DNA from: an uncultured Aliivibrio sp.
Lineage (GTDB): Bacteria; Pseudomonadota; Gammaproteobacteria; Enterobacterales; Vibrionaceae
NCBI RefSeq assembly: GCF_946479765.1
Contig: NZ_CAMLHO010000018.1
Coordinates: 7,877 to 71,876 of the forward strand
Length of the DNA: 64,000 nucleotides
Direction of reading: 5' to 3'
The notes under the pieces were generated by a model. It saw only the letters and a program-made list of their open reading frames with translations, made no database searches and was not told where the DNA came from. The position numbers and the translations under genes are program-made. Position 1 is the first letter of the stretch; the number at the start of each line of letters is the position of its first letter. Shown one piece after another: positions 9,185 through 19,034 of this stretch.

Positions 9185-9948
9185 TATGCAGCCTCTCCAT
9201 TATTAGTTTTTGATGCATCGTACTGAGCACTTGCCCCCGTATAATGATTGAATAATCGCTCAATTTTCTCAGGTTTTAATACTTCTAAATAACAACCAGA
9301 ATCAACCAAATTACGATTAATAACATGCACATGTGCTTTAAGGCGACGAACAGCGGTGACATCATGATGAACAGCTAATACGGTTTTACCTTGCGCGATA
9401 AATTCATGCATTAAGGATTCAAGATAGCGAACCCCGTGTTCATCCATTCCTGTGGTTGGTTCATCAAGAACAAGTAGATCAGGATTATCCAATAGCGCTT
9501 GTGCGAATAACACGCGTTGTTGCTCGCCACCAGAAAGTTGACCCATGCGGCGATCGGCACGGTTAGACATTCCAACGCGCTCTAACTGTGCCATTGCAAA
9601 TGCTTCTTGGCTGCTTTTCTTGCGCCATAACGCACTTAAAAATAAAGGCACTCGCGTTTGATTCAATAAAATGAAATCTTTCACCGTTAGTGGCAAGCTA
9701 GATTCAAAAACGGCTTTTTGTGGCACATAACCAATCACCCCTTTCTGCTCTGGCCACTCAATATTAATTTCACCCTGAAACGCGGTTAATCCTAAAATTG
9801 AACGCAATAACGAGGTTTTACCACCGCCATTAGGCCCCATCACCACATGGCATTGACCGGCTTCAAAGCGTTGGTTCACGCCCTCTAGAATGGTATTTTC
9901 CCCATAAGTTAACCCAACATTGATTAACGAAATTGCTGGTCCTGACAT
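9184..9948 (-). CDS. Metal ABC transporter ATP-binding protein (ZnuC-like)
   Basis: Walker A GPNGGGKTS, signature LSGGEQQRV and Walker B LLVLDEPT. Confidence 0.9.
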   Translation of the reverse strand: MSGPAISLINVGLTYGENTILEGVNQRFEAGQCHVVMGPNGGGKTSLLRSILGLTAFQGEINIEWPEQKGVIGYVPQKAVFESSLPLTVKDFILLNQTRVPLFLSALWRKKSSQEAFAMAQLERVGMSNRADRRMGQLSGGEQQRVLFAQALLDNPDLLVLDEPTTGMDEHGVRYLESLMHEFIAQGKTVLAVHHDVTAVRRLKAHVHVINRNLVDSGCYLEVLKPEKIERLFNHYTGASAQYDASKTNNGEAA

Positions 9949-10871
9949 TATTTAGCGTCCTTATCTGCAGCAAATTTCATGGCTTCGATTAAGGTGTCTA
10001 AATTTGATTTCATCTCGATTTCAACTTTATTGTCTTCATAAGGGCCATGCGTCATGTGCGAAAAACGATACAGCTGAACACCAGTCGCCTCTTCGATTGT
10101 GTCGACAAAACGGTTTGGCATGTTCAATTCATAAAATAAAACATCAATGTCAGATTCACGGATCTTTTCAATCGTGCCTTGCAGTTGGCTCGCACTTGGC
10201 TCTACGCCGTGAGCGGGTTCAATGACTGCTGCCACATCCACACCAAACTCTTGAAGAATATAACCATACGCATTGTGCGTTGTTGCTACCTTCATTCCTG
10301 CGGTATCTAATTCACCTAGAGAGAGCATGGCATCACGCTTCATTAATCGGAATTTTTTTGCGTATGTACGTGCATTTTTACGGTAGAACGAGGCATTTTC
10401 AGGATCAATTCGAGATAGTTCATTGGCAATGGTGTAAACCTTTTGAATTGTTGTAGATAGACCAACAAATGTGTGTGGGTTCACAGCCCCTTTACCTACC
10501 GATTGCCCTATTGCTGGCAACAACGGAACGTCTTTATTGGCTTCTAATACCATTAATTCGCTGTTGTTTGCTGCCGAAATTACTTTTAACGCAAAGTCAT
10601 CATGGCCAATGCCATTAACAACAATCACATCCATTTTATTTAAACGTTTTAAATCGTTTGGTTGAGGTAAATAATTGTGCGGATTAAACCCAGCATCAAC
10701 CAAAGGAAGAATTTCTGCTTTGTCACCCACGACCGCTTTCACATAACTGTAATAAGGCTGTAAGGTAATACCAATCACCAAAGGTTTTGTTGCCGACATC
10801 GCCGACGCAGAAAACAAAGAGAGTAAGCTAAGCAGAACAAAAAAACGTACGTATAAAATAGATTTCATCAT
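9948..10871 (-). CDS. Metal ABC transporter periplasmic substrate-binding protein (ZnuA/TroA family)
   Basis: Signal peptide plus histidine motifs NPHNY, NPHTF and THNAYGY typical of cluster A-I metal SBPs. Confidence 0.8.
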   Translation of the reverse strand: MMKSILYVRFFVLLSLLSLFSASAMSATKPLVIGITLQPYYSYVKAVVGDKAEILPLVDAGFNPHNYLPQPNDLKRLNKMDVIVVNGIGHDDFALKVISAANNSELMVLEANKDVPLLPAIGQSVGKGAVNPHTFVGLSTTIQKVYTIANELSRIDPENASFYRKNARTYAKKFRLMKRDAMLSLGELDTAGMKVATTHNAYGYILQEFGVDVAAVIEPAHGVEPSASQLQGTIEKIRESDIDVLFYELNMPNRFVDTIEEATGVQLYRFSHMTHGPYEDNKVEIEMKSNLDTLIEAMKFAADKDAK

Positions 10872-10893
10872 TATTATTTATCTTTTATTGGTA

Positions 10894-11457
10894 TCAATTT
10901 AAATGAGTATCATGAGCAGGAAAGACTATTTGCATCCAGTGCTGTTGAATGAGTTCGCTTTCATTCCAAGAGATTGAATCAGAGGAGATAGAGGTCGACA
11001 TCAATTCAGGGTGCAGCCAAAGCTCAATATCATCGCCTTTCACATTAAAAATGAATGACGCAGCGCCTTCTTTTTTCACTTTTAAACCCAGATAAATTCC
11101 AGAACCTAAATGCTGCCATTGGTGCTTTCCGCGACGCTCCCAGCTTTGGTCTTGCACAAAAGGAGGCAACCATTCATCCGCTAGGTAAGCAATATCTGGC
11201 CATGTGTTTTCTTCTGTTGATTCAGCCTGAATATCGTAAATTTCTTCATAAGCTAAACGTAGCTCAGCAATCATAGCTAAATCGTCTTGCGCTAAATCGG
11301 TGATAAGCACTTGGTGTGATTCAAGCTTTACGCCTTCATCGTTCGATTGATGATATGGCAACCCGACCACCGCAATAAGCAAAATGCACCCAATAATGAG
11401 TGCGATCCATTTGCCTTCTGCGCTTCCATTATCTGGAGTGACAGATTGAATAATCAT
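10894..11457 (-). CDS. Hypothetical single-pass membrane protein
   Basis: One N-terminal TM segment (WIALIIGCILLIAVVGL). ATGA overlap with the upstream small gene, and co-directional in the metal cluster. Confidence 0.55.
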   Translation of the reverse strand: MIIQSVTPDNGSAEGKWIALIIGCILLIAVVGLPYHQSNDEGVKLESHQVLITDLAQDDLAMIAELRLAYEEIYDIQAESTEENTWPDIAYLADEWLPPFVQDQSWERRGKHQWQHLGSGIYLGLKVKKEGAASFIFNVKGDDIELWLHPELMSTSISSDSISWNESELIQQHWMQIVFPAHDTHLN

Positions 11458-11771
11458 TTCTCTGAGATCTCGACAACATCGACTTCAACAGGGCTTTCAT
11501 GTCCAGAATCAAACACCAAATAAAAGTCTGTTTCAGGATTCGTAAATTCCGCAATTGAACGTTTATCTGTGGTGACTTTTGCAATCAGGTTGTCATCGTA
11601 ATCGTACATATTCACATCATAATCAACGGCTTTGCTGCCATCACTGTAGCCTGTTTCGCACAGCACTTGATTCGATTCAAACCAACAGCTCATTAAAGGA
11701 AAATGCGCAAAACTCGCAGAAGAAAAAAGAAGAGAAGATACAAAAAGGGTTTTCAGGTTTACTTTAGTCAT
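11454..11771 (-). CDS. Small secreted hypothetical protein
   Basis: Start moved to MTKVNLKTLFVSSLLFSSASFA (signal peptide). Acidic mature part. Confidence 0.5.
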   Translation of the reverse strand: MTKVNLKTLFVSSLLFSSASFAHFPLMSCWFESNQVLCETGYSDGSKAVDYDVNMYDYDDNLIAKVTTDKRSIAEFTNPETDFYLVFDSGHESPVEVDVVEISEK

Positions 11772-11828
11772 GAATAAATCTCGATAAAAAAGCACCACCC
11801 ACCTTTACGGAAAGTGGTGCTAACTGCA

Positions 11829-12674
11829 TTATTGAAGTAGTGCTTCAAACGTTAAGTGAACATTTACACTTGCTTGTTCTGCAAGTGGGTGGTCTTTCAG
11901 CTCACCTTTGTAATTTGATTTCATCAGGTAACGACCCGCAGTTTCAGGAGTAAAAGTGATTTTTCCCTCTTTATCACTCACTACGTCTATTTGCTCTTGA
12001 TGATTACGGTATAGCGTTCCTTCACGAGTAATATCCGCCGTTACACCTGCTTGAGGTTTACCATTAAAGAAGAACTGAAAAGTAACGGATTCACCTTCAA
12101 GAATGTCTGACGGGTGTGTTAATGGCTTAAGTTCTAACAAGGTATTATCAAGCTTCATCGCTTCTGTTGTTGGCTTACCTACTGTCACGTAACTTTCAGC
12201 ACGAGTGAAACTCACTTGGCTTACCACATCTCGCGCTTTTTCTGGAAGTACTAACGCACGATCTGCCTTGGTTGCTTTAATCCATTTCACCGTATCACGA
12301 CGACCCGCTTTATATTGGGTATAGTAAGTAGGTTCATTATTGATACGAACTTTATGTGTACCTTCTTCTTCAAAATAGAAGTCAAACATTGAACGACGTT
12401 TGCCTTTAACGACAAAGTTTGGACGCTCAGTACGACCATCAGGCATCACTACTTGTGCTTGATCACTGCCTGCCGGTTTATCAAATACAAACGTACCGTG
12501 TGAAGCGGTAACATCAAACGTAAGCCAATCACCGCCTTCTTTAGAAACCGTAAAATGAGAAGGCAATACCCAACGAGGGTGAGCGTTCGCAGTCGTAGCA
12601 ACCAATAAACCTGCTGCCATTACGCCGGTTAATACTGCCGCTTTGAACTTACTGTTCATTAATGTTGTTTTCAT
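11829..12674 (-). CDS. DUF4198-type periplasmic protein (NikM/CbiM-N-like metal-uptake component)
   Basis: Signal peptide ...LLVATTANAHPRW with the mature protein starting at His (characteristic of DUF4198), then beta-rich sequence. Start is uncertain (12674 preferred over 12704). Confidence 0.6.
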   Translation of the reverse strand: MKTTLMNSKFKAAVLTGVMAAGLLVATTANAHPRWVLPSHFTVSKEGGDWLTFDVTASHGTFVFDKPAGSDQAQVVMPDGRTERPNFVVKGKRRSMFDFYFEEEGTHKVRINNEPTYYTQYKAGRRDTVKWIKATKADRALVLPEKARDVVSQVSFTRAESYVTVGKPTTEAMKLDNTLLELKPLTHPSDILEGESVTFQFFFNGKPQAGVTADITREGTLYRNHQEQIDVVSDKEGKITFTPETAGRYLMKSNYKGELKDHPLAEQASVNVHLTFEALLQ

Positions 12675-12709
12675 AATGTGTTTAATTCCCTGATAAATGG
12701 ACATCTAAA

Positions 12710-13234
12710 TTAATTTTTATATTCGATTGTGATTACGCCAGTCTCTTCCGTTGGAGCAAGTTGGTATGACATATCAGTGTCGGTCAATTTCATTTTTTGG
12801 CGTAAATAATTACGACCACCGTGCTCACGAACCACTTCGATATGTAACGTATAGTCACCTTGTGGTAGCGTCTGGCCTGAGTCGTCTTTTCCATCCCAAC
12901 TGAATTTATATTTTCCTGCTGGTCGAGTTGCAGAAGTAACAGCATCAACTAATTCACGATCGTAACGACCGACTTTGCGCCACCAACTTCTTAGATCTTT
13001 TAGCCACTCATCTTTACCTACCCACAGCTCAATCGTTTTTACTGATTTACGTTCGCTGTTTTCAATCCACACCGCCACATAAGGACGCGCGTACATGGTG
13101 GTCGTAATCGTCGGAAGCTCAAAAGCAACATCGACTTTCGCACTCTCAGAAATAGCCGCTGAATTAGCCAAAAGAGGCGTCGTTACTATCATCGCTGCAA
13201 TTGAATGACGTAAATAGGTAGAGAGTGAAGCCAT
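12710..13234 (-). CDS. DUF2271-type periplasmic protein with FMN-attachment-like motif
   Basis: Start moved to MASLSTYLRHSIAAMIVTTPLLANSAA (signal peptide). Contains DAVTSAT (nt 12926-12946), which resembles the D-x-x-S/T-G/S-A-T flavinylation site of NqrC/RnfG-type proteins. Confidence 0.6.
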   Translation of the reverse strand: MASLSTYLRHSIAAMIVTTPLLANSAAISESAKVDVAFELPTITTTMYARPYVAVWIENSERKSVKTIELWVGKDEWLKDLRSWWRKVGRYDRELVDAVTSATRPAGKYKFSWDGKDDSGQTLPQGDYTLHIEVVREHGGRNYLRQKMKLTDTDMSYQLAPTEETGVITIEYKN

Positions 13235-13266
13235 TGTGATGTCCTTATGGATACAAGATAAAAGGG

Positions 13267-13911
13267 TTAAGGTACGGCAATAAAATACAATGCAAGCGTG
13301 ATTGATGAGCCAAATGCCATCCACTTCATTGATGTCATCAGTGTTCTTTTTTTCGGTAAAATTAAGCACACGCCGGTGAGTACAAAAAAGATCATTAATA
13401 GCGCGGTAATATCAATGAATGCCTTCCAGACCTCACCGCTGTTTCGTCCTTTGTGTAAATCATTTAATAAAGCAACAACACCATAATTTGAGCTTTCGAT
13501 GTCTGCTATACCTGTCGTTAAATCAATATAAACAGACGCGTTATAACCGGGGCCTTTATAGTTTAATGACAATTCACCCTCGACTAATTCACCGTCTTCA
13601 ACGTCGGTAAAAATATCGACATTAGAAGGCGTTCCAGAAAGGTCGGTATGTTGATTTAAGTAATCAAGCAAAGCAGCGGTATTTGGTTTATTCCAAAGGA
13701 TGTGTTGTTTTTCATCTTGAGAAAAAAGCACACTGTTAGGAACAGAAAGAGTGGTGTTTTTGATGTCTGGAGAACTACTAACAAACCAATCAGGACGATT
13801 TAGCGTGATCCCGGTGATCGAGAAAAATAAGACAACGAGTAGAAGCGCCATTGATACGTAAACATGTAAGCGACGCGCCCACAATTGTACTTGTTTGTTT
13901 TTAAGCAGCAT
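13267..13911 (-). CDS. PepSY-associated TM-helix protein (putative ferric-reductase-type membrane protein)
   Basis: Start moved to MLLKNKQVQLWARRLHVYVSM... because the ORF-track N-terminus is encoded by the Fur-box sequence. The N- and C-terminal TM helices flanking a periplasmic domain are typical of PepSY_TM proteins. Confidence 0.6.
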   Translation of the reverse strand: MLLKNKQVQLWARRLHVYVSMALLLVVLFFSITGITLNRPDWFVSSSPDIKNTTLSVPNSVLFSQDEKQHILWNKPNTAALLDYLNQHTDLSGTPSNVDIFTDVEDGELVEGELSLNYKGPGYNASVYIDLTTGIADIESSNYGVVALLNDLHKGRNSGEVWKAFIDITALLMIFFVLTGVCLILPKKRTLMTSMKWMAFGSSITLALYFIAVP

Positions 13912-13943
13912 GAATAAGACAGGATCGAGTAAGAATAATAGAC

Positions 13944-13967
13944 GATAATGTAATTGATAATGATTTG
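13944..13967. promoter_or_regulatory. Fur box (array of GATAAT-like hexamers)
   Basis: GATAAT GTAATT GATAAT GATTTG lies immediately upstream of the PepSY gene start at 13911. Confidence 0.65.
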
Positions 13968-14070
13968 CGTTGACATTCAATTTACATTGTTTACGTTTGT
14001 GGATTATTGACTGTCTATTTTATGGGCGATGGAAAAGCCCCCATCATTCGATAAGGGCATTAAATACAAG

Positions 14071-15273
14071 TTACACCGAATTACTGGCTGTCTTTCGTAA
14101 TTGAGATAAATATTTTATCCACCCTTTCGCTTCATTTGAAGGGGTAAAATCATTGGCTCTTTTCGCATAAAGTAAGGCTGAATCTATTTGGTTTAGCTTG
14201 TAATAAGCTCTTACTTTAGCTAATGCAATATCATCTGTCTTTTTGTAATCCTTAACCTTATCTAAGGTCTTCAAGCCTTGTTGATGATGACCCTCTTGGA
14301 TCTGCAATTGGGCCACTTGCCAATAATAACGTGAATCTAGCGTTGCAGCCTTTGACCAAGTAACAGTGGCTTTATCCCACTCTTTTGCTGCTTGCCAATA
14401 ACTTGCTTGCATGGTCAGTAGATCAATATCACTTTGTGCTTCATCTAGCTGACTAAGTACGTAAGCCGCCTTTTCTGGAATACCGCGTTGCGCATAAAGT
14501 TGAGCCAATAATTTCAACTCTGATTGACTCAATTCAATCCCTTGTCGCTCTGCAAGAACAAGGGTATCTAACGCATTTTTAGGTTGATCCAAGCGAAGCT
14601 GAATACTTGATAACTGCTGCCACCATGTCGCTTTATTTGGTTCAAGTACAATTAAACGGTTCAAGGTAGGGATCGCCGATTTCCATTGTTTTAATTGTAG
14701 TTGCGCCCCTAACTTCAGCACTAGCGATTGGCTTCTTTCACTTTTTTTCTTATATATCGCAACACGTTCATGCTTATTTAATGCAGAAAGTACCTTTTCC
14801 CATTGCGCCAACTGGTAATGTGTTTGAGAAATACGGAACCATAAATCGCCTATTTTTTGTTTTTCAGGCACTGAGTTCGCTAATTGATAATAATGCGGTA
14901 ACGCATCACTAAAGCGCTGCTCTGTTAATAATAAATCGGCAAGCATACGTTGCGTTATCCATGCTTGCTCATCGGCTAATTGCTGGCTATTTACCGCTTT
15001 AGTGAGATATTTAACGGCCGATTTACTACTCCCTGCCTGCCAATGAAACACACCCAACATACGTTGAATATAGGCTTTATCATAATCCTGAGAAGGGGTT
15101 AATTCGGCCAACACAGCAATTGCTTCGGGCATTTTTTCTTGCTGTTGTAATTGCAGTGCTCGCTGTACTTTACCCGCATTGTATTGGCTAAGTTGCTGAG
15201 CTTGCACTGCCCCAGCAAAAAATAAAGCAAAGCTAAGAATAAGAACAGAAGAATGTAATTTTAATTTCATCAT
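14071..15273 (-). CDS. ttpD: TPR-repeat protein of the TonB2 cluster
   Basis: Signal peptide MMKLKLHSSVLILSFALFFAGAVQA followed by repetitive TPR-like helices. ATGA overlap with the tonB2 stop and last gene of the TonB2 operon. Confidence 0.7.
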   Translation of the reverse strand: MMKLKLHSSVLILSFALFFAGAVQAQQLSQYNAGKVQRALQLQQQEKMPEAIAVLAELTPSQDYDKAYIQRMLGVFHWQAGSSKSAVKYLTKAVNSQQLADEQAWITQRMLADLLLTEQRFSDALPHYYQLANSVPEKQKIGDLWFRISQTHYQLAQWEKVLSALNKHERVAIYKKKSERSQSLVLKLGAQLQLKQWKSAIPTLNRLIVLEPNKATWWQQLSSIQLRLDQPKNALDTLVLAERQGIELSQSELKLLAQLYAQRGIPEKAAYVLSQLDEAQSDIDLLTMQASYWQAAKEWDKATVTWSKAATLDSRYYWQVAQLQIQEGHHQQGLKTLDKVKDYKKTDDIALAKVRAYYKLNQIDSALLYAKRANDFTPSNEAKGWIKYLSQLRKTASNSV

Positions 15274-15890
15274 TTTGCTAACGTAAACTCCAATTTCACC
15301 GTTTGTCCAACTTGAGCAATGGCTTTCCCACCGACTACTTTTGGTTGATATTTCCATTTTTTCAACGCTTTAACTGCTTCTCTTTCAAACATTCGACGCG
15401 GTTTAGCATCCGTTACTTTTACATTAGTTGGGCGACCTTGTTCATCAATGGTAAATGACATAACAACAAAGCCCTCTGCGCCTCTTTTCATCGCTTTTGA
15501 TGGATAACGAGGCTCAACACGATACAACGGCATCGCTTGTTGGTTACCTGTAAAATCAGCGAAACTCGGTGCATTTATCGCTAACCCCGAAATACCAGAA
15601 TCCAAGCTCATTGGTGGCATTGAACTTTGTGGCGTCGCCATTGAAGTTTGAGTTTGAGACGCCATTGGTTTTGCCTCTGGTGGCGGCTCTGGTGTCTCTG
15701 GTTTTTCAGGCACTCGACGTTGACGGCGCTGAATATCTTGTTCTTGCTCAACCATCACCATGTCAAAGCGGATCGTCTCACTGCTTTCTGGTTTGCCGTT
15801 ATGACCGTTGTCTACCATCCACGCCATAAACGTGAATAACCCTACCGTCATAGAAAGCGCAATAGGCACTGCCAACAATAATCGCCACAT
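15270..15890 (-). CDS. tonB2: Energy transducer TonB (TonB2 type)
   Basis: N-terminal TM anchor, Pro-rich spacer PEKPETPEPPPEAKP and a C-terminal TonB domain (YPSKAMKRGAEGFV). Confidence 0.85.
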   Translation of the reverse strand: MWRLLLAVPIALSMTVGLFTFMAWMVDNGHNGKPESSETIRFDMVMVEQEQDIQRRQRRVPEKPETPEPPPEAKPMASQTQTSMATPQSSMPPMSLDSGISGLAINAPSFADFTGNQQAMPLYRVEPRYPSKAMKRGAEGFVVMSFTIDEQGRPTNVKVTDAKPRRMFEREAVKALKKWKYQPKVVGGKAIAQVGQTVKLEFTLAK

Positions 15891-16294
15891 TAGTTTTTCT
15901 CCGCAGCCAATGCGATGCCTTTAACTCCTGCACCTTTAGCCGCATCCATTACTTTTACAACCGTACCGTTATACGCATGCTCATCTGCTTGAATCACTAA
16001 CGATGCATCAGGTTGTTCTAATAACAAATGCTCTAATGTGGCTTGAACTCGCTCGGCGTCCACCATGCGTTTATCAATGAAAATATCGTTTGAAGCCGTA
16101 ATAGCAACAAAGATACCCGCGTCTTTTTGACTCGATACATTGCTTGCTTGAGGGCGATTCACTTCTACCCCTGATTCACGCACAAATGAGCTAGTCACAA
16201 TAAAAAATATCAGCATGATAAATACGATATCGAGCATTGATGTTAAATCGATCTGTGCTTCTTCTTGATTTGAAGAACGACGGCCAAGTCTCAT
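15890..16294 (-). CDS. exbD2: Biopolymer transport protein ExbD/TolR
   Basis: 134 aa. Motif INLTSMLDIVFIMLIFFIV and the periplasmic domain are typical of ExbD. Confidence 0.85.
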   Translation of the reverse strand: MRLGRRSSNQEEAQIDLTSMLDIVFIMLIFFIVTSSFVRESGVEVNRPQASNVSSQKDAGIFVAITASNDIFIDKRMVDAERVQATLEHLLLEQPDASLVIQADEHAYNGTVVKVMDAAKGAGVKGIALAAEKN

Positions 16295-16800
16295 GACTGA
16301 CTCCTTAATGCTTTTTCTAAATTATGTTCTTTACGACGACACACTTTGGCTAAACGAGCATGAACAAACATTCCTGCTAATGCTGCTACCATTCCTGCCA
16401 TCGTAGGCAATGTTGCCAATGAAATACCAGACGCCATCAGTTTTGGCTGGCTGCTGCCTTGATTTGCCATTACATCAAATACAGAGATCATGCCTGTTAC
16501 TGTGCCTAGCAAACCGAGCATTGGGCAAATTGCCACAAGAACTTTGATAAAATTCAGATATTGATTTAATTGAAGGTGAGCTTCGCTTACCCAACCATCA
16601 CGGATCGTTTTCGCATACCACGAATCGTGATCGTCTCGCTGTTGCCATTTCTCTAACCATACTTTTCGTTGTGCAGGAAAAGTAAATAATAAGAAAAACA
16701 CACGCTCAACCACCAATAACCAACACACGGCAACAACTGCGCTTAACCACCATAAAATGGGGCCGCCTTGTGCCATAAAATGAGAGAGAAAAGCCGTCAT
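16291..16800 (-). CDS. exbB2: MotA/TolQ/ExbB proton-channel protein
   Basis: 169 aa with the conserved GLLGTVTGMI..F motif. Confidence 0.85.
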   Translation of the reverse strand: MTAFLSHFMAQGGPILWWLSAVVAVCWLLVVERVFFLLFTFPAQRKVWLEKWQQRDDHDSWYAKTIRDGWVSEAHLQLNQYLNFIKVLVAICPMLGLLGTVTGMISVFDVMANQGSSQPKLMASGISLATLPTMAGMVAALAGMFVHARLAKVCRRKEHNLEKALRSQS

Positions 16801-18155
16801 TACGCTGCCATTCCTACTGGTGTGTTATTGGTTTCTTTTTCTGCTTGCTCAGCCACCAAACTCAAGCCTTGTTTTTCAAGAATGGTACGAATACTTTCCG
16901 CTTGAGAGCTCAAAATATTGTGAGTTAATAACAGAGGCATCGCCGCAACTAAGCCTAATACCGTAGTCACAAGAGCCATTGAAATACCACCCGCCATCAC
17001 TTTAGGATCGCCATTACCAAATTGCGTGATCACTTGGAACGTTTCGATCATGCCGGTAACTGTACCTAGTAGACCTAACATCGGTGCTAGTGCAGCAAGA
17101 AGTTTAAGCATTGATAGGCCTTTTTCTAAGCCTTGCTGCTCATCAACAATGGTTTCTAATAAGCGAAGTTCTAATGCCTCTACCGAACGAGTTTTCTCTG
17201 CATCATAAACAGATAACACACGGCCTAGAGGGTTATTACCGATTTGCTCAGGATCTTTTAATTGAGTACGAATTTGCTGACGAATCACCAGTAACCTTGC
17301 GCCATTAAATAAAGAAATAAGTAGACCAATAGCCAATAGAACAATAATGATTTGTCCAACCACACCACCCGCTTGAAGACGATCTTTCAGGGTTGGTGAA
17401 TTTGCAAGTTGCTCTAACATGATGCCACGCGATGGATCAACTGCCATCATCATTACTTGCTGCTGTTGCATATCAGATAATGTAGCGACTGATGGCGCAA
17501 GGTCTGGCTGTTGTGAATAATACGTTGCTACGCTCTTTTTATTATCCCAACGTAGGAAGCCTTCATCACCAACAAGCGCCATATTGCCTAAACGGTAAGC
17601 ATTGATTTCAGAGCGGTGCCCTGCCCCATTGATTACCGTCACCGGCATTAACGCCAATTCTGAACTCGCCTGCACTTGTTGAGTCATTGTTTGCCATAAC
17701 CCTGTTAACTGAGTCATTGATGGCAATGATTTAGCCTCTACAATGTCATTAATCACTTGTGCATTATTAGCATCAATTGAACCTGTCACTGAGTTTTTTA
17801 ATTCAGAATTAAGATCTTTTGCCGTTTGTCTTACCACGCCAAACAACTCACCTAAACTGCCTGTTTCTAAATGTAATTGTTGCTCTAGCGTGGCAAGTGA
17901 TTGCTCATTACTACTGAATACAGAACTCAGTTCATCGCTCTCTTTTTGCAGTTTTTTACGCTCAGCAATCAAGGCGTTCTTTTGTGCTTTAAATTCTTTC
18001 TCTGTCAGCATAAAGCCAGCTTCACGTTCGGCATTGTGTTGTTTTTGAACATGGCTTGCTTGCTTTGTATCTTGAACTAATTCGCTACTTGCCGCTAACG
18101 TGTTTAGGGAAAATCCGAATAAAGACATCGCTAAAATAAGTGGTTTGATTGACAT
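16800..18155 (-). CDS. ttpC: MotA/TolQ/ExbB-family protein with large periplasmic N-domain (TtpC)
   Basis: 451 aa. Signal sequence, long coiled N-terminal domain and a C-terminal ExbB-like channel (LGLLGTVTGMIETF). The position is the canonical one in Vibrio TonB2 operons. Confidence 0.8.
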   Translation of the reverse strand: MSIKPLILAMSLFGFSLNTLAASSELVQDTKQASHVQKQHNAEREAGFMLTEKEFKAQKNALIAERKKLQKESDELSSVFSSNEQSLATLEQQLHLETGSLGELFGVVRQTAKDLNSELKNSVTGSIDANNAQVINDIVEAKSLPSMTQLTGLWQTMTQQVQASSELALMPVTVINGAGHRSEINAYRLGNMALVGDEGFLRWDNKKSVATYYSQQPDLAPSVATLSDMQQQQVMMMAVDPSRGIMLEQLANSPTLKDRLQAGGVVGQIIIVLLAIGLLISLFNGARLLVIRQQIRTQLKDPEQIGNNPLGRVLSVYDAEKTRSVEALELRLLETIVDEQQGLEKGLSMLKLLAALAPMLGLLGTVTGMIETFQVITQFGNGDPKVMAGGISMALVTTVLGLVAAMPLLLTHNILSSQAESIRTILEKQGLSLVAEQAEKETNNTPVGMAA

Positions 18156-18156
18156 G

Positions 18157-18924
18157 TTATTTCACCTCTTTCAGTGATAAAGACACGGGTAAAGCCAATA
18201 AACTCGGCGCGACTTGTTTGTAAGCCACTGAGTAAGCTTTAGCTAAGTCGTCATTAAATGATGAATCCAATAATGTCCATTGATTGCGGTAGGTATTCCA
18301 GATCCAGTATTGTGAAGCATCCAAACGACGAGCAAGCAAAGAAACGCGACCTAAATGCAACATATCAGCATCGATTAATTCATCATTTCCAACCGTGATT
18401 TGAGTTTGGTATGTGCCTAGTTTTGAGCCGTAATCCATCTCAATTTGATACGCTTCGAGAATACGACGATATTTTTCTGCATCGCTCACATCGGCTCTTG
18501 TCATCATGTGTTCTAGTTTTTCGATGCGTTGCTGACGTTCTGCAATCTTGATTGGTTTATCTTGTTCAACTAATACCGTAAGGCCAGATAGCATCTTATA
18601 CATCAAGGGTACTACGCCTTGACGAGTGTCTTTAATGGTTTCAATTTGAGAGTTTAAGTTGGTCATTTCTTTTTGTTGACTATCGACTAAACCAGTGAGG
18701 TGATCACGATAAACCGCAAGATTCTTTACTTCTTCTTGTAGTTGCTCTATCTCTGCTTTATATGCCAATGTTGCTTCAGAGCTTTTATCAATTTTTGTTT
18801 GACTCACAGCAGAGGCTGCATTCGATTTATTTTCGATAGATCGTGCTTGATCAAGCGTAGAGGCTTGAGCGGTTGTGATCACGGTAGCTAACGCTATTCC
18901 AATACTGGTTTTAAAAATATTCAT
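18157..18924 (-). CDS. ttpB: Periplasmic coiled-coil protein of the TonB2 system (TtpB, DUF3450-like)
   Basis: Signal peptide and coiled-coil-rich sequence. First gene of the operon, with a 1-nt gap to ttpC. Confidence 0.7.
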   Translation of the reverse strand: MNIFKTSIGIALATVITTAQASTLDQARSIENKSNAASAVSQTKIDKSSEATLAYKAEIEQLQEEVKNLAVYRDHLTGLVDSQQKEMTNLNSQIETIKDTRQGVVPLMYKMLSGLTVLVEQDKPIKIAERQQRIEKLEHMMTRADVSDAEKYRRILEAYQIEMDYGSKLGTYQTQITVGNDELIDADMLHLGRVSLLARRLDASQYWIWNTYRNQWTLLDSSFNDDLAKAYSVAYKQVAPSLLALPVSLSLKEVK

Positions 18925-19034
18925 ATTATCTATTTCTTAACTGTTATTTTTTAAGGTCTATCTCTTAAAAAATTTGCCTTCAAATAAACGCAGTAAAGGG
19001 AGACCTAAGCCTCCCTTATATTTAATGCGCTAAA

